Shown one piece after another: positions 19,910-29,450 of a stretch of 64,000 bases of DNA. The stretch lies in UHGV virus genome UHGV-0300374. One strand, 5' to 3'. The notes under the pieces are model-generated. The model was not told the DNA's origin and made no database searches. It was given only the letters and a program-made list of their open reading frames with translations. This DNA comes from a virus. Position 1 is the first letter of the stretch. The number at the start of each line of letters is the position of its first letter. The position numbers and the translations under genes were made by a program.

Positions 19910-21325
19910 TTACCAGATATAACGGTCAATCATTACTGCTTTGAGCATTACACTGATTGGGTCAAACTTCTCACCACCAAGCAGAGCTTTTAAAGTGGCT
20001 GGAGAGAACCCTGATACCATTGCTACACCATTATCCTTAACAGATACTTCGCAAGTACCATTACGGTTTGCTAAGTACCAGAATACCAGTTGTGGCATCT
20101 CATATCCAGCTTTTTTGTACTTACTCTGAATTGCTTCAAAGTTTGTACGACCGTTAGCTCCATCAACCTGATTGAACTCCATATCGGAGAAGATGATAAG
20201 CTTACTTGGCATATCTTTCTGAGTCAAGTTGTTTCTTTTACCTGTTTCAAGAATGCGGTCAAAAGCTGCTTGTAAGTTAGTTGAGCCATATTCAACGTGT
20301 CGCATCACCTGACGATGACGGTTTCGTAAATCACCACTCAGTTCGATGAAGTGAGGGTTTGTTGAATAAACCATTAACTCATTCTTAAAGCAACCTGTAT
20401 TGCGTTCTGCTACATACAAGGCAAGTGATACACCAATATCCAGAGCAGTAATGGAGCCAAAATTCACCCAAGACATCGAACTTGATACATCAGACATACA
20501 CAAGATGTTTTCACCTTCTGCCATCCAGTTTGGTAGTGCTTTCCACTGCTCATTAGCAACATCTGCATTACCATACTTGACAGATTTAATCACATCGTAT
20601 GGGTAAACAGCACCAGCGTTAATCTTAGTCTCACCTTTTGATAAGGACTCGATGTAAGCTTTGTAACGTTCTCCATCCTTACGGTTAAACAGTTTTTGGT
20701 AACGTGCAGCAGCAAGTGAAGGAACCTTACTGTAGTCAATCTTGCCAAACTCATTAGCAGAGATTTTTTGCTCAACTGTATCAGATAGTGCAGACAACAG
20801 TGTGCGGTACTCTTTCTCATTCAAGTTGGCAAACTTGCAGAAACGTTTTACAAACTGCTTATGACGTGGTTTGACTCGTGGTAGCCACTTGGCTGCCAAA
20901 CCTGCTGTTGCAGGGTCTAGTAATGCTGCTTCTAAATGTTTGAAGGCATCTGTCTCGAAACGAGTACCTACGAAGATTTTGAAGTCATCAAAACGACCAA
21001 GTTCTGCAATCTTATCCATAATGCGAAGAACCTGTGTAGGCTCTAAAACTTTATCTTCAATTGCTTGAAGCAAAACAGTTCTGAAGGCTTTACGCTCACC
21101 CATACCTTCTCGTACATCTCGCATATGCAGTAAAATACGAACTGCAACATCAACATCCTCATGCAAAGCTTTGTAGAACAGGTCTGGTAAGATTTCTACG
21201 TTGCTACGGCTTGAACCAGCAGCTTTGTAAAAGTCTACAAGAGCAGACATTGATGAAGTATGGTTTACAGCACCATTTTCAGTTCGACCTGCATGAAGGT
21301 GCGCATGTTTAAATAATTCGCTCAT
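19910..21325 (-). CDS. von Willebrand factor A (MIDAS) domain protein, possibly TROVE/Ro60-like (DUF2828-type)
   Basis: 471 aa; motif ENILCMSDVSSSMSW matches vWA MIDAS DxSxS after a hydrophobic strand; alpha-helical N-terminal part; immediately upstream of tRNA array. Confidence 0.5.
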   Translation of the reverse strand: MSELFKHAHLHAGRTENGAVNHTSSMSALVDFYKAAGSSRSNVEILPDLFYKALHEDVDVAVRILLHMRDVREGMGERKAFRTVLLQAIEDKVLEPTQVLRIMDKIAELGRFDDFKIFVGTRFETDAFKHLEAALLDPATAGLAAKWLPRVKPRHKQFVKRFCKFANLNEKEYRTLLSALSDTVEQKISANEFGKIDYSKVPSLAAARYQKLFNRKDGERYKAYIESLSKGETKINAGAVYPYDVIKSVKYGNADVANEQWKALPNWMAEGENILCMSDVSSSMSWVNFGSITALDIGVSLALYVAERNTGCFKNELMVYSTNPHFIELSGDLRNRHRQVMRHVEYGSTNLQAAFDRILETGKRNNLTQKDMPSKLIIFSDMEFNQVDGANGRTNFEAIQSKYKKAGYEMPQLVFWYLANRNGTCEVSVKDNGVAMVSGFSPATLKALLGGEKFDPISVMLKAVMIDRYIW

Positions 21326-21406
21326 ATTTTACTCTCTTCTCTCATTTGTTGTTTGATGTGACAGACTTTAGAGCAACTTTGAAGAGTCTGTCAACACCTT
21401 TTAAAA

Positions 21407-21778
21407 TTATTTTTTAAGCGTTGCTACAGCAGAGAACGTTGGTTTGTTATCTGTCTGAGACTGACCGCCGTTATCAGGGGTCTTCTTAGTGTCTGCTGCA
21501 ATTGCTTTCATCTCACCTGCTGAGTGAGTCATGATAGTTTTACCGACCTCAATCATGCTCTTGATGGTTACGTCGTCTGTGTTTAACCCGAACTCTGCAA
21601 GCTTAGCAGCGTCCCTTGTAACAATCGCTTCAAACAACTTTGCAGCAAACTCAGCAGAATTATCAATGGTCAGTTGAGCTTTTACAAGTGAGCTTTTGTT
21701 ACGAGAGCCTTTTGGTCTTCCAGATGGGTTTCCAGATTGGCCTTTTTTAAACTGGCCTTTGTTTGTTCTGTTTTTCAT
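21407..21778 (-). CDS. small basic protein with N-terminal GNPxGRPKG motif
   Basis: 123 aa; N-terminus KGQFKKGQSGNPSGRPKGSRNKS, a motif recalled from phage DUF5681-type proteins. Confidence 0.4.
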   Translation of the reverse strand: MKNRTNKGQFKKGQSGNPSGRPKGSRNKSSLVKAQLTIDNSAEFAAKLFEAIVTRDAAKLAEFGLNTDDVTIKSMIEVGKTIMTHSAGEMKAIAADTKKTPDNGGQSQTDNKPTFSAVATLKK

Positions 21779-21826
21779 TGGTATGCCTCTTATAAGACCT
21801 CTTAAAAGGCTTTTAAGATAAAAGAT

Positions 21827-21846
21827 AGATATCCAGAAAGATATCT
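21827..21846. promoter_or_regulatory. palindromic operator-like site in divergent intergenic region
   Basis: AGATATC-cagaaa-GATATCT inverted repeat between divergently oriented gene blocks. Confidence 0.3.
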
Positions 21847-22027
21847 GTTTAAATAGCCTTTTTAGAGGAACCTTTTAAGTTATCTTCTAAGTATTTATAA
21901 GCCTACACCTTGTCAAGTACTTTGTCAACAACTTTTTTAACTTGCAATAGTTCTTGACTTGTTGTATGGATTACTGTACCATCTTACTTAAAGCTGTAGG
22001 TCTGCCTTGTTCTACAAAGGAGACTTA

Positions 22028-22189
22028 ATGAGAAAATCAAATAAACCGAAGAAAGGTAAGAATACCAATCACTGTAAGGAATCAAAAAGGGTAGAATTAA
22101 TCTACTATTCATCCTCTGAAATTGGTCTGTACCTGTTCTTTCAAAATTACAGAAGACAAGAGGATTATCTATGTGTAGTTCCCAATTAG
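22028..22189 (+). CDS. hypothetical small basic protein (first gene of plus-strand block)
   Basis: ATG at 22028 preceded by AAGGAG 6 nt upstream; ORF-track start 22007 lacks RBS. Confidence 0.4.
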   Translation: MRKSNKPKKGKNTNHCKESKRVELIYYSSSEIGLYLFFQNYRRQEDYLCVVPN

Positions 22190-22404
22190 AAATCGCAGAT
22201 ATTATAGATTTATATCAAACTGCAAAGAGTCATGGCTATATAACCTCAATTGGAAAGAATAGTCACTATGATGCTTTGACTGGAATGTATTTCAGGGCAA
22301 TGGCTCAATCTAGTGAACAACACTTAATGGTTTCTTCCAGTGAGTTTACTTCGTTTCTCTATTGCAGCAAAATTATAAATCGCAGGAGAACTGAAAAATG
22401 TTAA
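22171..22404 (+). CDS. hypothetical protein
   Basis: ORF track, 77 aa, RBS aagagga. Confidence 0.35.
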   Translation: MCSSQLEIADIIDLYQTAKSHGYITSIGKNSHYDALTGMYFRAMAQSSEQHLMVSSSEFTSFLYCSKIINRRRTEKC

Positions 22405-22988
22405 CAGTAAGTTTTAATTACAATAGTGATGGCTCTGTATCAATTAATTCGCCATATGCAAATGACCTGCTTAAAGAGCTAGTCAATCAGTGTGATAGAG
22501 GTCTTCACTATGTTCAAAATTCTTTTAAACAGAAGACTATTGCTAATAACTTGATGCGTGTAACAGTAACGGCATCGAATCCAAATTATGACTTTGATAG
22601 TGAAAGTCCGTACTCATTAGTTGCGCTTGGAGAGAGCAGCCAATTCAAACTTGTTTGCCACGACTCAGAAACATTCCTTAAGGTATTTTCAAACCTTATC
22701 CATAATAATAAGTACAGCTACGTTGACGGTAGTGTAAATTTCTATCCAGCAAACTATACATGTTTGTTGGTTGATAATATGAGAAAAAGTAAGCAAGAGC
22801 CTACAGAAATTTCATTTGATGTGAACTCTAGTCCAGACGCAGAAACAAGTAAGAACTTTGATATGAGTTACGCATTGTCACTCAGTAAGAAATCCGAGTT
22901 CATTGATTATGTCAATGGATTTGGTTTTAAGTTTGATGAGAGTATGAATCTTAAAAAACTTAAGAACCTGCTTAAGACCAAAGCTTAA
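22398..22988 (+). CDS. hypothetical protein
   Basis: ORF track, 196 aa. Confidence 0.45.
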   Translation: MLTVSFNYNSDGSVSINSPYANDLLKELVNQCDRGLHYVQNSFKQKTIANNLMRVTVTASNPNYDFDSESPYSLVALGESSQFKLVCHDSETFLKVFSNLIHNNKYSYVDGSVNFYPANYTCLLVDNMRKSKQEPTEISFDVNSSPDAETSKNFDMSYALSLSKKSEFIDYVNGFGFKFDESMNLKKLKNLLKTKA

Positions 22989-23035
22989 GTGTGAATAGGG
23001 GCTGATGCCCCTTTAACTATTTATAAGGATATTTA

Positions 23036-23407
23036 ATGAAAGCTAAGAGTGCAAAAGACTTTTATTGCTTCCTACAATCCTATATCAATTCCGTGCAAAA
23101 TGGTGAAAGGTACAACCTTAATGATGTTATCCCAACACCTTTGACATGGAGACTCAGTAAATGGCCTGAAGAAGATATTACACCAACAATCGAACAACGC
23201 ACCTACAAACCTGAAATCAATATTCCAGATTCTGAGAACCTATTATATCCAATGTTCCATATTGTTGGACTTGGAAGATTCCTTATGGATATCCAGTATG
23301 TAATTGGTAAAGGTTATAAGGTTAAAGGCATTGTTGTTGGTGATGTATCTCCGCATCACAAAGGTTATTTTAGACTAAACGCACATTTAGAGGCTAAAAA
23401 GAAATGA
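23036..23407 (+). CDS. hypothetical protein, paralog of N-terminal domain of next gene
   Basis: 123 aa; shares Y..F.....V..G.RY......P.T......WPE.DI......YKP architecture with residues 1-120 of the 23404 ORF. Confidence 0.5.
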   Translation: MKAKSAKDFYCFLQSYINSVQNGERYNLNDVIPTPLTWRLSKWPEEDITPTIEQRTYKPEINIPDSENLLYPMFHIVGLGRFLMDIQYVIGKGYKVKGIVVGDVSPHHKGYFRLNAHLEAKKK

Positions 23408-24789
23408 TTAAAGCAAAGACTTACCCAGACTTCAAAGAGTTTGTGAAGGGCTTCGTTGCAAATGTAAAGGCTGGTAAGAGATATGATTTTAGAACATATC
23501 AAGAGGCTATTTTACCACTCACATATAGTTCATATTGGCCTGAAGCTGATATTGCAGAAGTTGAGAAGTTTGACTACAAACCAGACTATAAAGTCCCATT
23601 TAGTGATGAGTTGCTTTACAGCATCGGTGCTCAAATGAGAACTTCTGACTTCTTCATGGACTTACAATATGCAATTATCAATGGTAAAGACGTTGACACA
23701 GTTTATTGTGAATGGCTGGCAAGAGTTAAACCGTTCTCAATGTTGAATGCTAAGTTGAAGGATGCTATCAAGCCACCATCAATCACTCAGCAACCAACCA
23801 ATCAAACAGTAAATGAAGGTGGCACACTTACCCTAAGCGTTATTGCAACTAATGCCACTGGATATCAATGGAAAAAAGATGGTGAGGATATCACTAGCGC
23901 CACATCTGCAACCTACACAAAACAGTCTGTAGCACCTTCTGATGCTGGTTCTTATACTTGTGTTGTTTCTGGAGAGGCTGGTACAAGTGTTACCTCAGAT
24001 GCGGCAACAGTTACTGTCAACGCACTGCCTGTGATTACACAGCAACCTTCTAGCCAGACCATCAATGAGGGTGGAAACATCAGCTTGGAAGTGACTGCAA
24101 CGGGTGCAACGGGTTACCAGTGGAAGAAAGATGGCTCTGACATTCCTTCGGCTACAGAGGCTACCTATAGCAAGTCTGGTGCGCTGCCAGCAGATGCAGG
24201 TTCATACACTTGCGTTGTAACAGGTGCAGGTGGTTCTGTTACTTCTAGCCCTGCAACTGTCACAGTAAATGCTTTGCCAGTTATTACCAAGCAGCCAACC
24301 AATCAGGTAGTTAATGAGGGTAACTCTTTGACACTGAGTGTTGAGGCTACAGGTGCAGAAGGTTACCAATGGAAAAAGGACAATGTGAACATCCCTAGCG
24401 CAACTGGTGCGACTTACACGAAAGCTAACGCAGTTCCTGCCGATGCTGGTTCATATACCTGTGTAGTTACTGGCGCTGGTGGTACAACAGTCACATCCAA
24501 TGCAGCAACAGTTACTGTGAATGCACTTCCAGTAATCACTCAGCAACCAACCAATCAAGAAATCAATGAAGGTGAGACCTTAACGCTGAATGTTGTGGCA
24601 ACAGGTGCGACAGGTTACCAGTGGAAGAAAGGTGAGGAAGACATCCTCGATGCAACTACTGCAACTTACACCAAAGAAGGTGCAACCGCTGCTGATTCAG
24701 GAAGCTACACTTGTGTAGTTACTGGTGCAGGTGGCTCTGTAACATCTAATGCGGCAACAGTTACAGTTAACCCAGCAGGGGAGGCATAA
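23404..24789 (+). CDS. Ig-like repeat protein (four tandem Ig-like domains after an N-terminal domain)
   Basis: Four about 80-aa repeats of form ITQQPTNQxVNEGxxLTLxVxATGATGYQWKKDGxDI...AGSYTCVVTGAGGSVTSxxATVTVNALPV. Confidence 0.6.
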   Translation: MIKAKTYPDFKEFVKGFVANVKAGKRYDFRTYQEAILPLTYSSYWPEADIAEVEKFDYKPDYKVPFSDELLYSIGAQMRTSDFFMDLQYAIINGKDVDTVYCEWLARVKPFSMLNAKLKDAIKPPSITQQPTNQTVNEGGTLTLSVIATNATGYQWKKDGEDITSATSATYTKQSVAPSDAGSYTCVVSGEAGTSVTSDAATVTVNALPVITQQPSSQTINEGGNISLEVTATGATGYQWKKDGSDIPSATEATYSKSGALPADAGSYTCVVTGAGGSVTSSPATVTVNALPVITKQPTNQVVNEGNSLTLSVEATGAEGYQWKKDNVNIPSATGATYTKANAVPADAGSYTCVVTGAGGTTVTSNAATVTVNALPVITQQPTNQEINEGETLTLNVVATGATGYQWKKGEEDILDATTATYTKEGATAADSGSYTCVVTGAGGSVTSNAATVTVNPAGEA

Positions 24790-25253
24790 TGCAACTCTCA
24801 CAGAAAGGTTTAGAAGCTATTAAGTTCTTTGAAGGTCTTAAGCTGGAGGCTTACGAAGATTCTGCTGGAATCCCCACAATTGGGTATGGGACTATCCGTA
24901 TTGCTGGTAAACCTGTTAAGATGGGTATGAAAATTACGGCTGAACAAGCTGAACAGTATCTTCTTGCAGATGTTGAAAAATTCGTTGCAGCAGTTAACAA
25001 AGCTATCAAGGTTCCAACTTCTCAGAATGAGTTTGATGCACTTGTAAGTGAAACATACAACATTGGTATCACGGCTATGCAGGACTCCACATTTATCAAG
25101 CGCCACAATGCTGGTAATAAGGTTGGTTGTGCAGAAGCTATGCAGTGGTGGAACAAGGTCACAGTCAAAGGTAAGAAGGTCACTTCAAACGGCCTGAAAA
25201 ACAGACGTAGAATGGAAGCTGACATTTATCTTGACAGTGTATATCCAAAGTAA
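24789..25253 (+). CDS. endolysin, T4-lysozyme-like muramidase (GH24)
   Basis: N-terminal FEGLKLEAYEDSAGIPTIGYGT motif with catalytic Glu/Asp spacing; 154 aa; start overlaps upstream stop (TAATG). Confidence 0.75.
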   Translation: MQLSQKGLEAIKFFEGLKLEAYEDSAGIPTIGYGTIRIAGKPVKMGMKITAEQAEQYLLADVEKFVAAVNKAIKVPTSQNEFDALVSETYNIGITAMQDSTFIKRHNAGNKVGCAEAMQWWNKVTVKGKKVTSNGLKNRRRMEADIYLDSVYPK

Positions 25254-25263
25254 TATCTTCATA

Positions 25264-25290
25264 GGCTCCTTCGGGAGCCTTTTTTATTTT
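25264..25290 (+). terminator. intrinsic terminator after endolysin
   Basis: aggctcc-ttcg-ggagcct stem-loop followed by tttttatttt. Confidence 0.6.
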
Positions 25291-25304
25291 CTAAGGAGAA
25301 AACT

Positions 25305-25703
25305 ATGAAACTTTGGGCTAGTGACTTTGGAACTTTTAAGTACACTCGTAATGGCTCGCTTGTACGCATTGTCGGGAACAATGTGGTTTCAAGAGGTGAC
25401 AAGGTATATACACGGTTTACTGTAGAGCTTGTTGAGTTGTCACCTATTGAGTCTGTGAACAATGGCCTGTTCAAGTTTGAGACTTACAATGTCAACGAAC
25501 ATGGACAATTCAACCCTCTTGGTGAAAGTGGACTTGATATTATTTCAGAGCACCCATTGACAAAAGAGCAACTTGCAGGTTACTATAAATCTGTTCTGGA
25601 AAGGCAGTTAGCAACACATGAACAAGAAGCTAACTACCATCTACAGCATTGCGAAACTTTAAGAGCAAAAATCGAACAAGCAGAGAGAGGTTTTTATGAA
25701 TAA
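25305..25703 (+). CDS. hypothetical protein
   Basis: ORF track, 132 aa, RBS aaggaga. Confidence 0.45.
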   Translation: MKLWASDFGTFKYTRNGSLVRIVGNNVVSRGDKVYTRFTVELVELSPIESVNNGLFKFETYNVNEHGQFNPLGESGLDIISEHPLTKEQLAGYYKSVLERQLATHEQEANYHLQHCETLRAKIEQAERGFYE

Positions 25704-26103
25704 AGATGTTAGAGATATTCAAGTAAAGGTTGACACATTTGGTCATGATGGTCGAGAAGACATCGGTTTTGCCGACGCAGTAATATTCAAGTGCAACGGA
25801 GATTTATTCCTTCGTTTTACAGGGTCTGGAAGCACCCTTCATCGGGTGCGAGATGATGAAGATGGCTGCCCTGTATTTGGTTGGTTTAACACAGAGTTCC
25901 CTCTCTACGTAATCCACTATCCAGATGGTGGAGAAGACTGGACAACTCAATCAATCTTTGATGAGCTTAATGGTGTTCCAGTTGAGCAAGAAGAGCAAGA
26001 AGAGCAAGAACCTGTTGAACTCACCTTCACTTTTATCAAAGAAGAGAAAGTGGGTGATTTGTCAGTAACTGAAGCAATTCAAGTCTCACAGGTTATTCGT
26101 TAA
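25696..26103 (+). CDS. hypothetical acidic protein
   Basis: ORF track, 135 aa. Confidence 0.45.
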   Translation: MNKDVRDIQVKVDTFGHDGREDIGFADAVIFKCNGDLFLRFTGSGSTLHRVRDDEDGCPVFGWFNTEFPLYVIHYPDGGEDWTTQSIFDELNGVPVEQEEQEEQEPVELTFTFIKEEKVGDLSVTEAIQVSQVIR

Positions 26104-26396
26104 TGAGTAAAGTACAGGTTGTTTTCCCTATTTGTGACTTCTCACTAGAGCGTGAACTAGACCTGTACGAAGAAATTACTGACGAAATTATCTGGTCTGT
26201 TGTAGAAGAGGCTATCAAGAAGCTGTATGGTGGCCTCTTAAACCCATCAAGTAAGAAGTTAAGCACTAAGCAAGTAGCTGACCCATATGTTTCATATGAT
26301 GCCTACAACAAACCTTTTGAGAATACCTGCTTTGACCTTATGGTAGGTAATAACAAAGTCAACTATTTCTTCGTCAGAGAGTTTAACGATGAGTAA
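26103..26396 (+). CDS. hypothetical protein
   Basis: ORF track, 97 aa. Confidence 0.4.
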   Translation: MSKVQVVFPICDFSLERELDLYEEITDEIIWSVVEEAIKKLYGGLLNPSSKKLSTKQVADPYVSYDAYNKPFENTCFDLMVGNNKVNYFFVREFNDE

Positions 26397-26733
26397 GCTC
26401 CATGTCACAGTGTACAAAAACTTCTCAGATATCAAAGAGTCTTTAACAAATAAGCTTGACTTACAACGTAAAAGACTCTTTTTAATGTACGACATAGACA
26501 ACTACAACCATCCTAAAGAGTTTAACTACAAAGATGGTACAAAGGTCGTTGAATTTGAAGATTCTGTGACGGTGTATGTCAAGCATGACTTACCAGCAAA
26601 GTACATAGGGATGTTAGAGTACTACATATTCAAACATACAGGTATGCGTGGTGAAGCTGTTAAGATATCTTCTATAGAAGTTTTTGAGAAACCTAACACA
26701 CAACTTAAAAAGTATTTAATGAGGAAACTGTAA
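26389..26733 (+). CDS. hypothetical protein
   Basis: ORF track, 114 aa. Confidence 0.4.
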   Translation: MSKLHVTVYKNFSDIKESLTNKLDLQRKRLFLMYDIDNYNHPKEFNYKDGTKVVEFEDSVTVYVKHDLPAKYIGMLEYYIFKHTGMRGEAVKISSIEVFEKPNTQLKKYLMRKL

Positions 26734-27314
26734 TGTCCGAAGAGCAACAGAATATTACCCCACAAGTAACATTAGTCCAACATTTTGGAAATATTGAAGG
26801 TTGTATTGCACTTTTTCAACCAAATATCAACTCTCCTGTAAAAGTTTGCAAGTTGACTATGAATGTCAACAATATCAGTGTTTGCCTTGTTGAAGAGGTT
26901 CAATATTTCAAGTTCAATGACAGAGAGGTTGATGCTGCACTATTGAAGTATCGAGCAAACCTCGAAAAAGATATTGACCACAAAGAACTAGTAACACTGT
27001 TTGGTGACCTTCACAAGCTTCTTGAAAAGGTTATGAAGCGCACATATTACATGAACAACGGTTCAATCATCACCACTTTGATTTCACCATGTATTTCAGA
27101 GCCAATTTTAACTGATGACGGTGGATACTACGTGGTAGCATCAGCAGATTCTGATTGGTGGATGAAGAACACAGCACTTAAGACAGTGATTGAGGCTATC
27201 CGCGAACATATCCCTTCATTCAGCCCGTGGAAAGGTAAAAGTGATGATTTCATTGCACTATTGAGTGAAGAGAGTAACAAGCGCAGTGCATTACTGCCTA
27301 AAAAATACTCTTGA
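26733..27314 (+). CDS. hypothetical protein
   Basis: ORF track, 193 aa. Confidence 0.45.
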   Translation: MSEEQQNITPQVTLVQHFGNIEGCIALFQPNINSPVKVCKLTMNVNNISVCLVEEVQYFKFNDREVDAALLKYRANLEKDIDHKELVTLFGDLHKLLEKVMKRTYYMNNGSIITTLISPCISEPILTDDGGYYVVASADSDWWMKNTALKTVIEAIREHIPSFSPWKGKSDDFIALLSEESNKRSALLPKKYS

Positions 27315-27386
27315 CCGAGTATACAATATTGCTTATGATGGGAGCTATCGAGAGGTAGTTCCCTTTTTAGTTTCTGGAGAATAGAT

Positions 27387-27932
27387 ATGGCTAAAGTGAA
27401 AGAGCACGATAAAATTATTTTGTATGTTAAACAGAATCCTTCAAAGAGTGTTGAGGCTGTTGTAACATACATCTCACACAATGGTACAGTTTATTTCCGA
27501 CCACTGAAGAACTTAGACTTTGACACAACACCAAACCACACATTCACTACTTCTGCAAGACTGTGTGCAGGGACTGTATACTCAACTGCTGAGATTGAGT
27601 CCTTATCTTTCACAGGTGCTTACAAAAACTTTATAGGGATTGCTCTAAAGGACTCTGAAGAATCTTTTAAATTTTTCATGGAGACTAATAAAGGTTGCTA
27701 CGCACATGTTATGCCAGTCTATAAGAAAGTTGACACAGAGCTTACCAGTAAGTGCGAAGAGCTTAGTAGTGACCTGAAGGAGCGTAAAACAGCTACTCAG
27801 AATGCTATTTACATCATTGAGAGGAACCATTTAGAAGTTCTTTTCAGAGATATGCTAAAAGCAGGGTTTACTCCAAACGAAATTACAAGAGAAACACAAC
27901 GCCAGTTCAGAAATGCTATGGTGAAAGAATGA
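27387..27932 (+). CDS. hypothetical protein
   Basis: ORF track, 181 aa. Confidence 0.45.
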   Translation: MAKVKEHDKIILYVKQNPSKSVEAVVTYISHNGTVYFRPLKNLDFDTTPNHTFTTSARLCAGTVYSTAEIESLSFTGAYKNFIGIALKDSEESFKFFMETNKGCYAHVMPVYKKVDTELTSKCEELSSDLKERKTATQNAIYIIERNHLEVLFRDMLKAGFTPNEITRETQRQFRNAMVKE

Positions 27933-28147
27933 AAAAGTTAACTACAGTTGAAGATTACTACAAACTATCCCTGTTAGAGCAGTATCGCAGAAGCCAGAAT
28001 ATCAGAAAATGCTATGGTAAACACGCTGAAGGTGACTTTTACCGTTGTTACGATGCAGATTTAAAAGGTGTAACACCTAGAGGGAAAGTCCTGCAAAGAC
28101 TTGTTGACCTTGAGTGGAACAAACGATTGAGAGGGTTTGGAAAATGA
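27929..28147 (+). CDS. hypothetical protein
   Basis: ORF track, 72 aa, ATGA overlaps on both sides. Confidence 0.4.
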   Translation: MKKLTTVEDYYKLSLLEQYRRSQNIRKCYGKHAEGDFYRCYDADLKGVTPRGKVLQRLVDLEWNKRLRGFGK

Positions 28148-28647
28148 TTTACGAAGAAAGATACAAAATAGATTACCAGAAGACTGGTCATCATACTTCT
28201 CTTAGAGTAACCAAACCGAATGGAGATACCGGTATCATAGCACATTTTGGTGGTGATTATTGGTACGGTACAGGTTGCTTTGAGGGCTACAGTCAAGAAT
28301 ACTTGAAAGCTTTCTACAGAGACTTTACAAACGACTACAACAGGGTTGTTGACGAAAAGAACAAGTGCATTAAGCATGAATATCATGCCAGAGGCTGCCT
28401 AAATATTGTTATGATACTAGTGTTCTTCTTAGCAACATTACTAGCTGTATCAGCAATCAGCTACATAGCTCAAGACTTGACAATTACACAGATTACTGCA
28501 AAGCTACATGATATCTGGTACTTGTATGTTGTTCCTTTAGCTGGTATCATCATCTCACTAATGAGGTTCAGAGTTCATAAGAAACGACTTAAGGATTCTG
28601 AGGTTAAACTTGAAGAGGTAAGTAAAGAATGCAACCTACAATTATAG
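28144..28647 (+). CDS. hypothetical membrane protein
   Basis: Start moved to ATG 28144 (ATGA overlap with upstream stop); C-terminal helices LNIVMILVFFLATLLAVSAISYIA and YLYVVPLAGIIISLM. Confidence 0.45.
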   Translation: MIYEERYKIDYQKTGHHTSLRVTKPNGDTGIIAHFGGDYWYGTGCFEGYSQEYLKAFYRDFTNDYNRVVDEKNKCIKHEYHARGCLNIVMILVFFLATLLAVSAISYIAQDLTITQITAKLHDIWYLYVVPLAGIIISLMRFRVHKKRLKDSEVKLEEVSKECNLQL

Positions 28648-28723
28648 CTGTATGTGTTCGTTTTGCAATCGCTGAAATGATTAACAAGGCAATCTTAAAA
28701 GATGCCTATGGAGAGACTAAGTA

Positions 28724-28948
28724 ATGATTAAGACACCTGTACCAATTTTTGGATTTCCTTCTATAGAAGAGTTCAAAGTTTATCTTGACAAAAACTTCTA
28801 CAACGAGCAGCCTGTTACTTTGCTGAAGAGTGACTTATCAGAGCTTCTTGATATGGTTATTAAGGCAACTTCTGAGAAGGAGCCTGAACAGAAAGCTGAG
28901 AAGAAGACTAGTAAGAAATCCGATAAGAAGACTGAAAAGTCTGAGTAA
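28724..28948 (+). CDS. hypothetical protein with Lys/Glu-rich tail
   Basis: ORF track, 74 aa. Confidence 0.4.
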   Translation: MIKTPVPIFGFPSIEEFKVYLDKNFYNEQPVTLLKSDLSELLDMVIKATSEKEPEQKAEKKTSKKSDKKTEKSE

Positions 28949-29000
28949 TAACTTAGGGGTTACTTGATAGCCCCTTTGTAGAAACTTAGAAGGTAGCGAA

Positions 29001-29450
29001 ATGAAAGAGCTTATTGGTAAAAGATTGACAGTTTACTGCTCTAAAACAAAGAAACCACTCACTTCTGTGAAGGTTTTTGATGTTGACACCACTGGTGTAG
29101 AGTACCCAATCCAATGCACAATAATTACTCCATTCAATGCAGATGATATGGACTTTAAAGAGTGTGAAGTGATATCTTTTAATGCTGATGGGTATTGGAG
29201 AGGTAAGTTAAACAAGCAATCAAAAGATTTTGATATGCAAATCCTTATCAATGAAGGCTATATCGGTGTAAAAGATATCCTCGTAGAAGCCTATGAAGAG
29301 GGTATAATAGATGTTGTGCATGATGTTGAAGAAGCTTTAAAGCTCATTATGCCACATTTAGAATCTGGAAAGCTGACTTTAGAAATGTTTAATAGGGTTA
29401 TTCGGAGAGCTTATGAAAGTAAAAGAGATAGTGCAAAGAGCAATGCTTGA
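29001..29450 (+). CDS. hypothetical protein
   Basis: ORF track, 149 aa. Confidence 0.45.
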   Translation: MKELIGKRLTVYCSKTKKPLTSVKVFDVDTTGVEYPIQCTIITPFNADDMDFKECEVISFNADGYWRGKLNKQSKDFDMQILINEGYIGVKDILVEAYEEGIIDVVHDVEEALKLIMPHLESGKLTLEMFNRVIRRAYESKRDSAKSNA

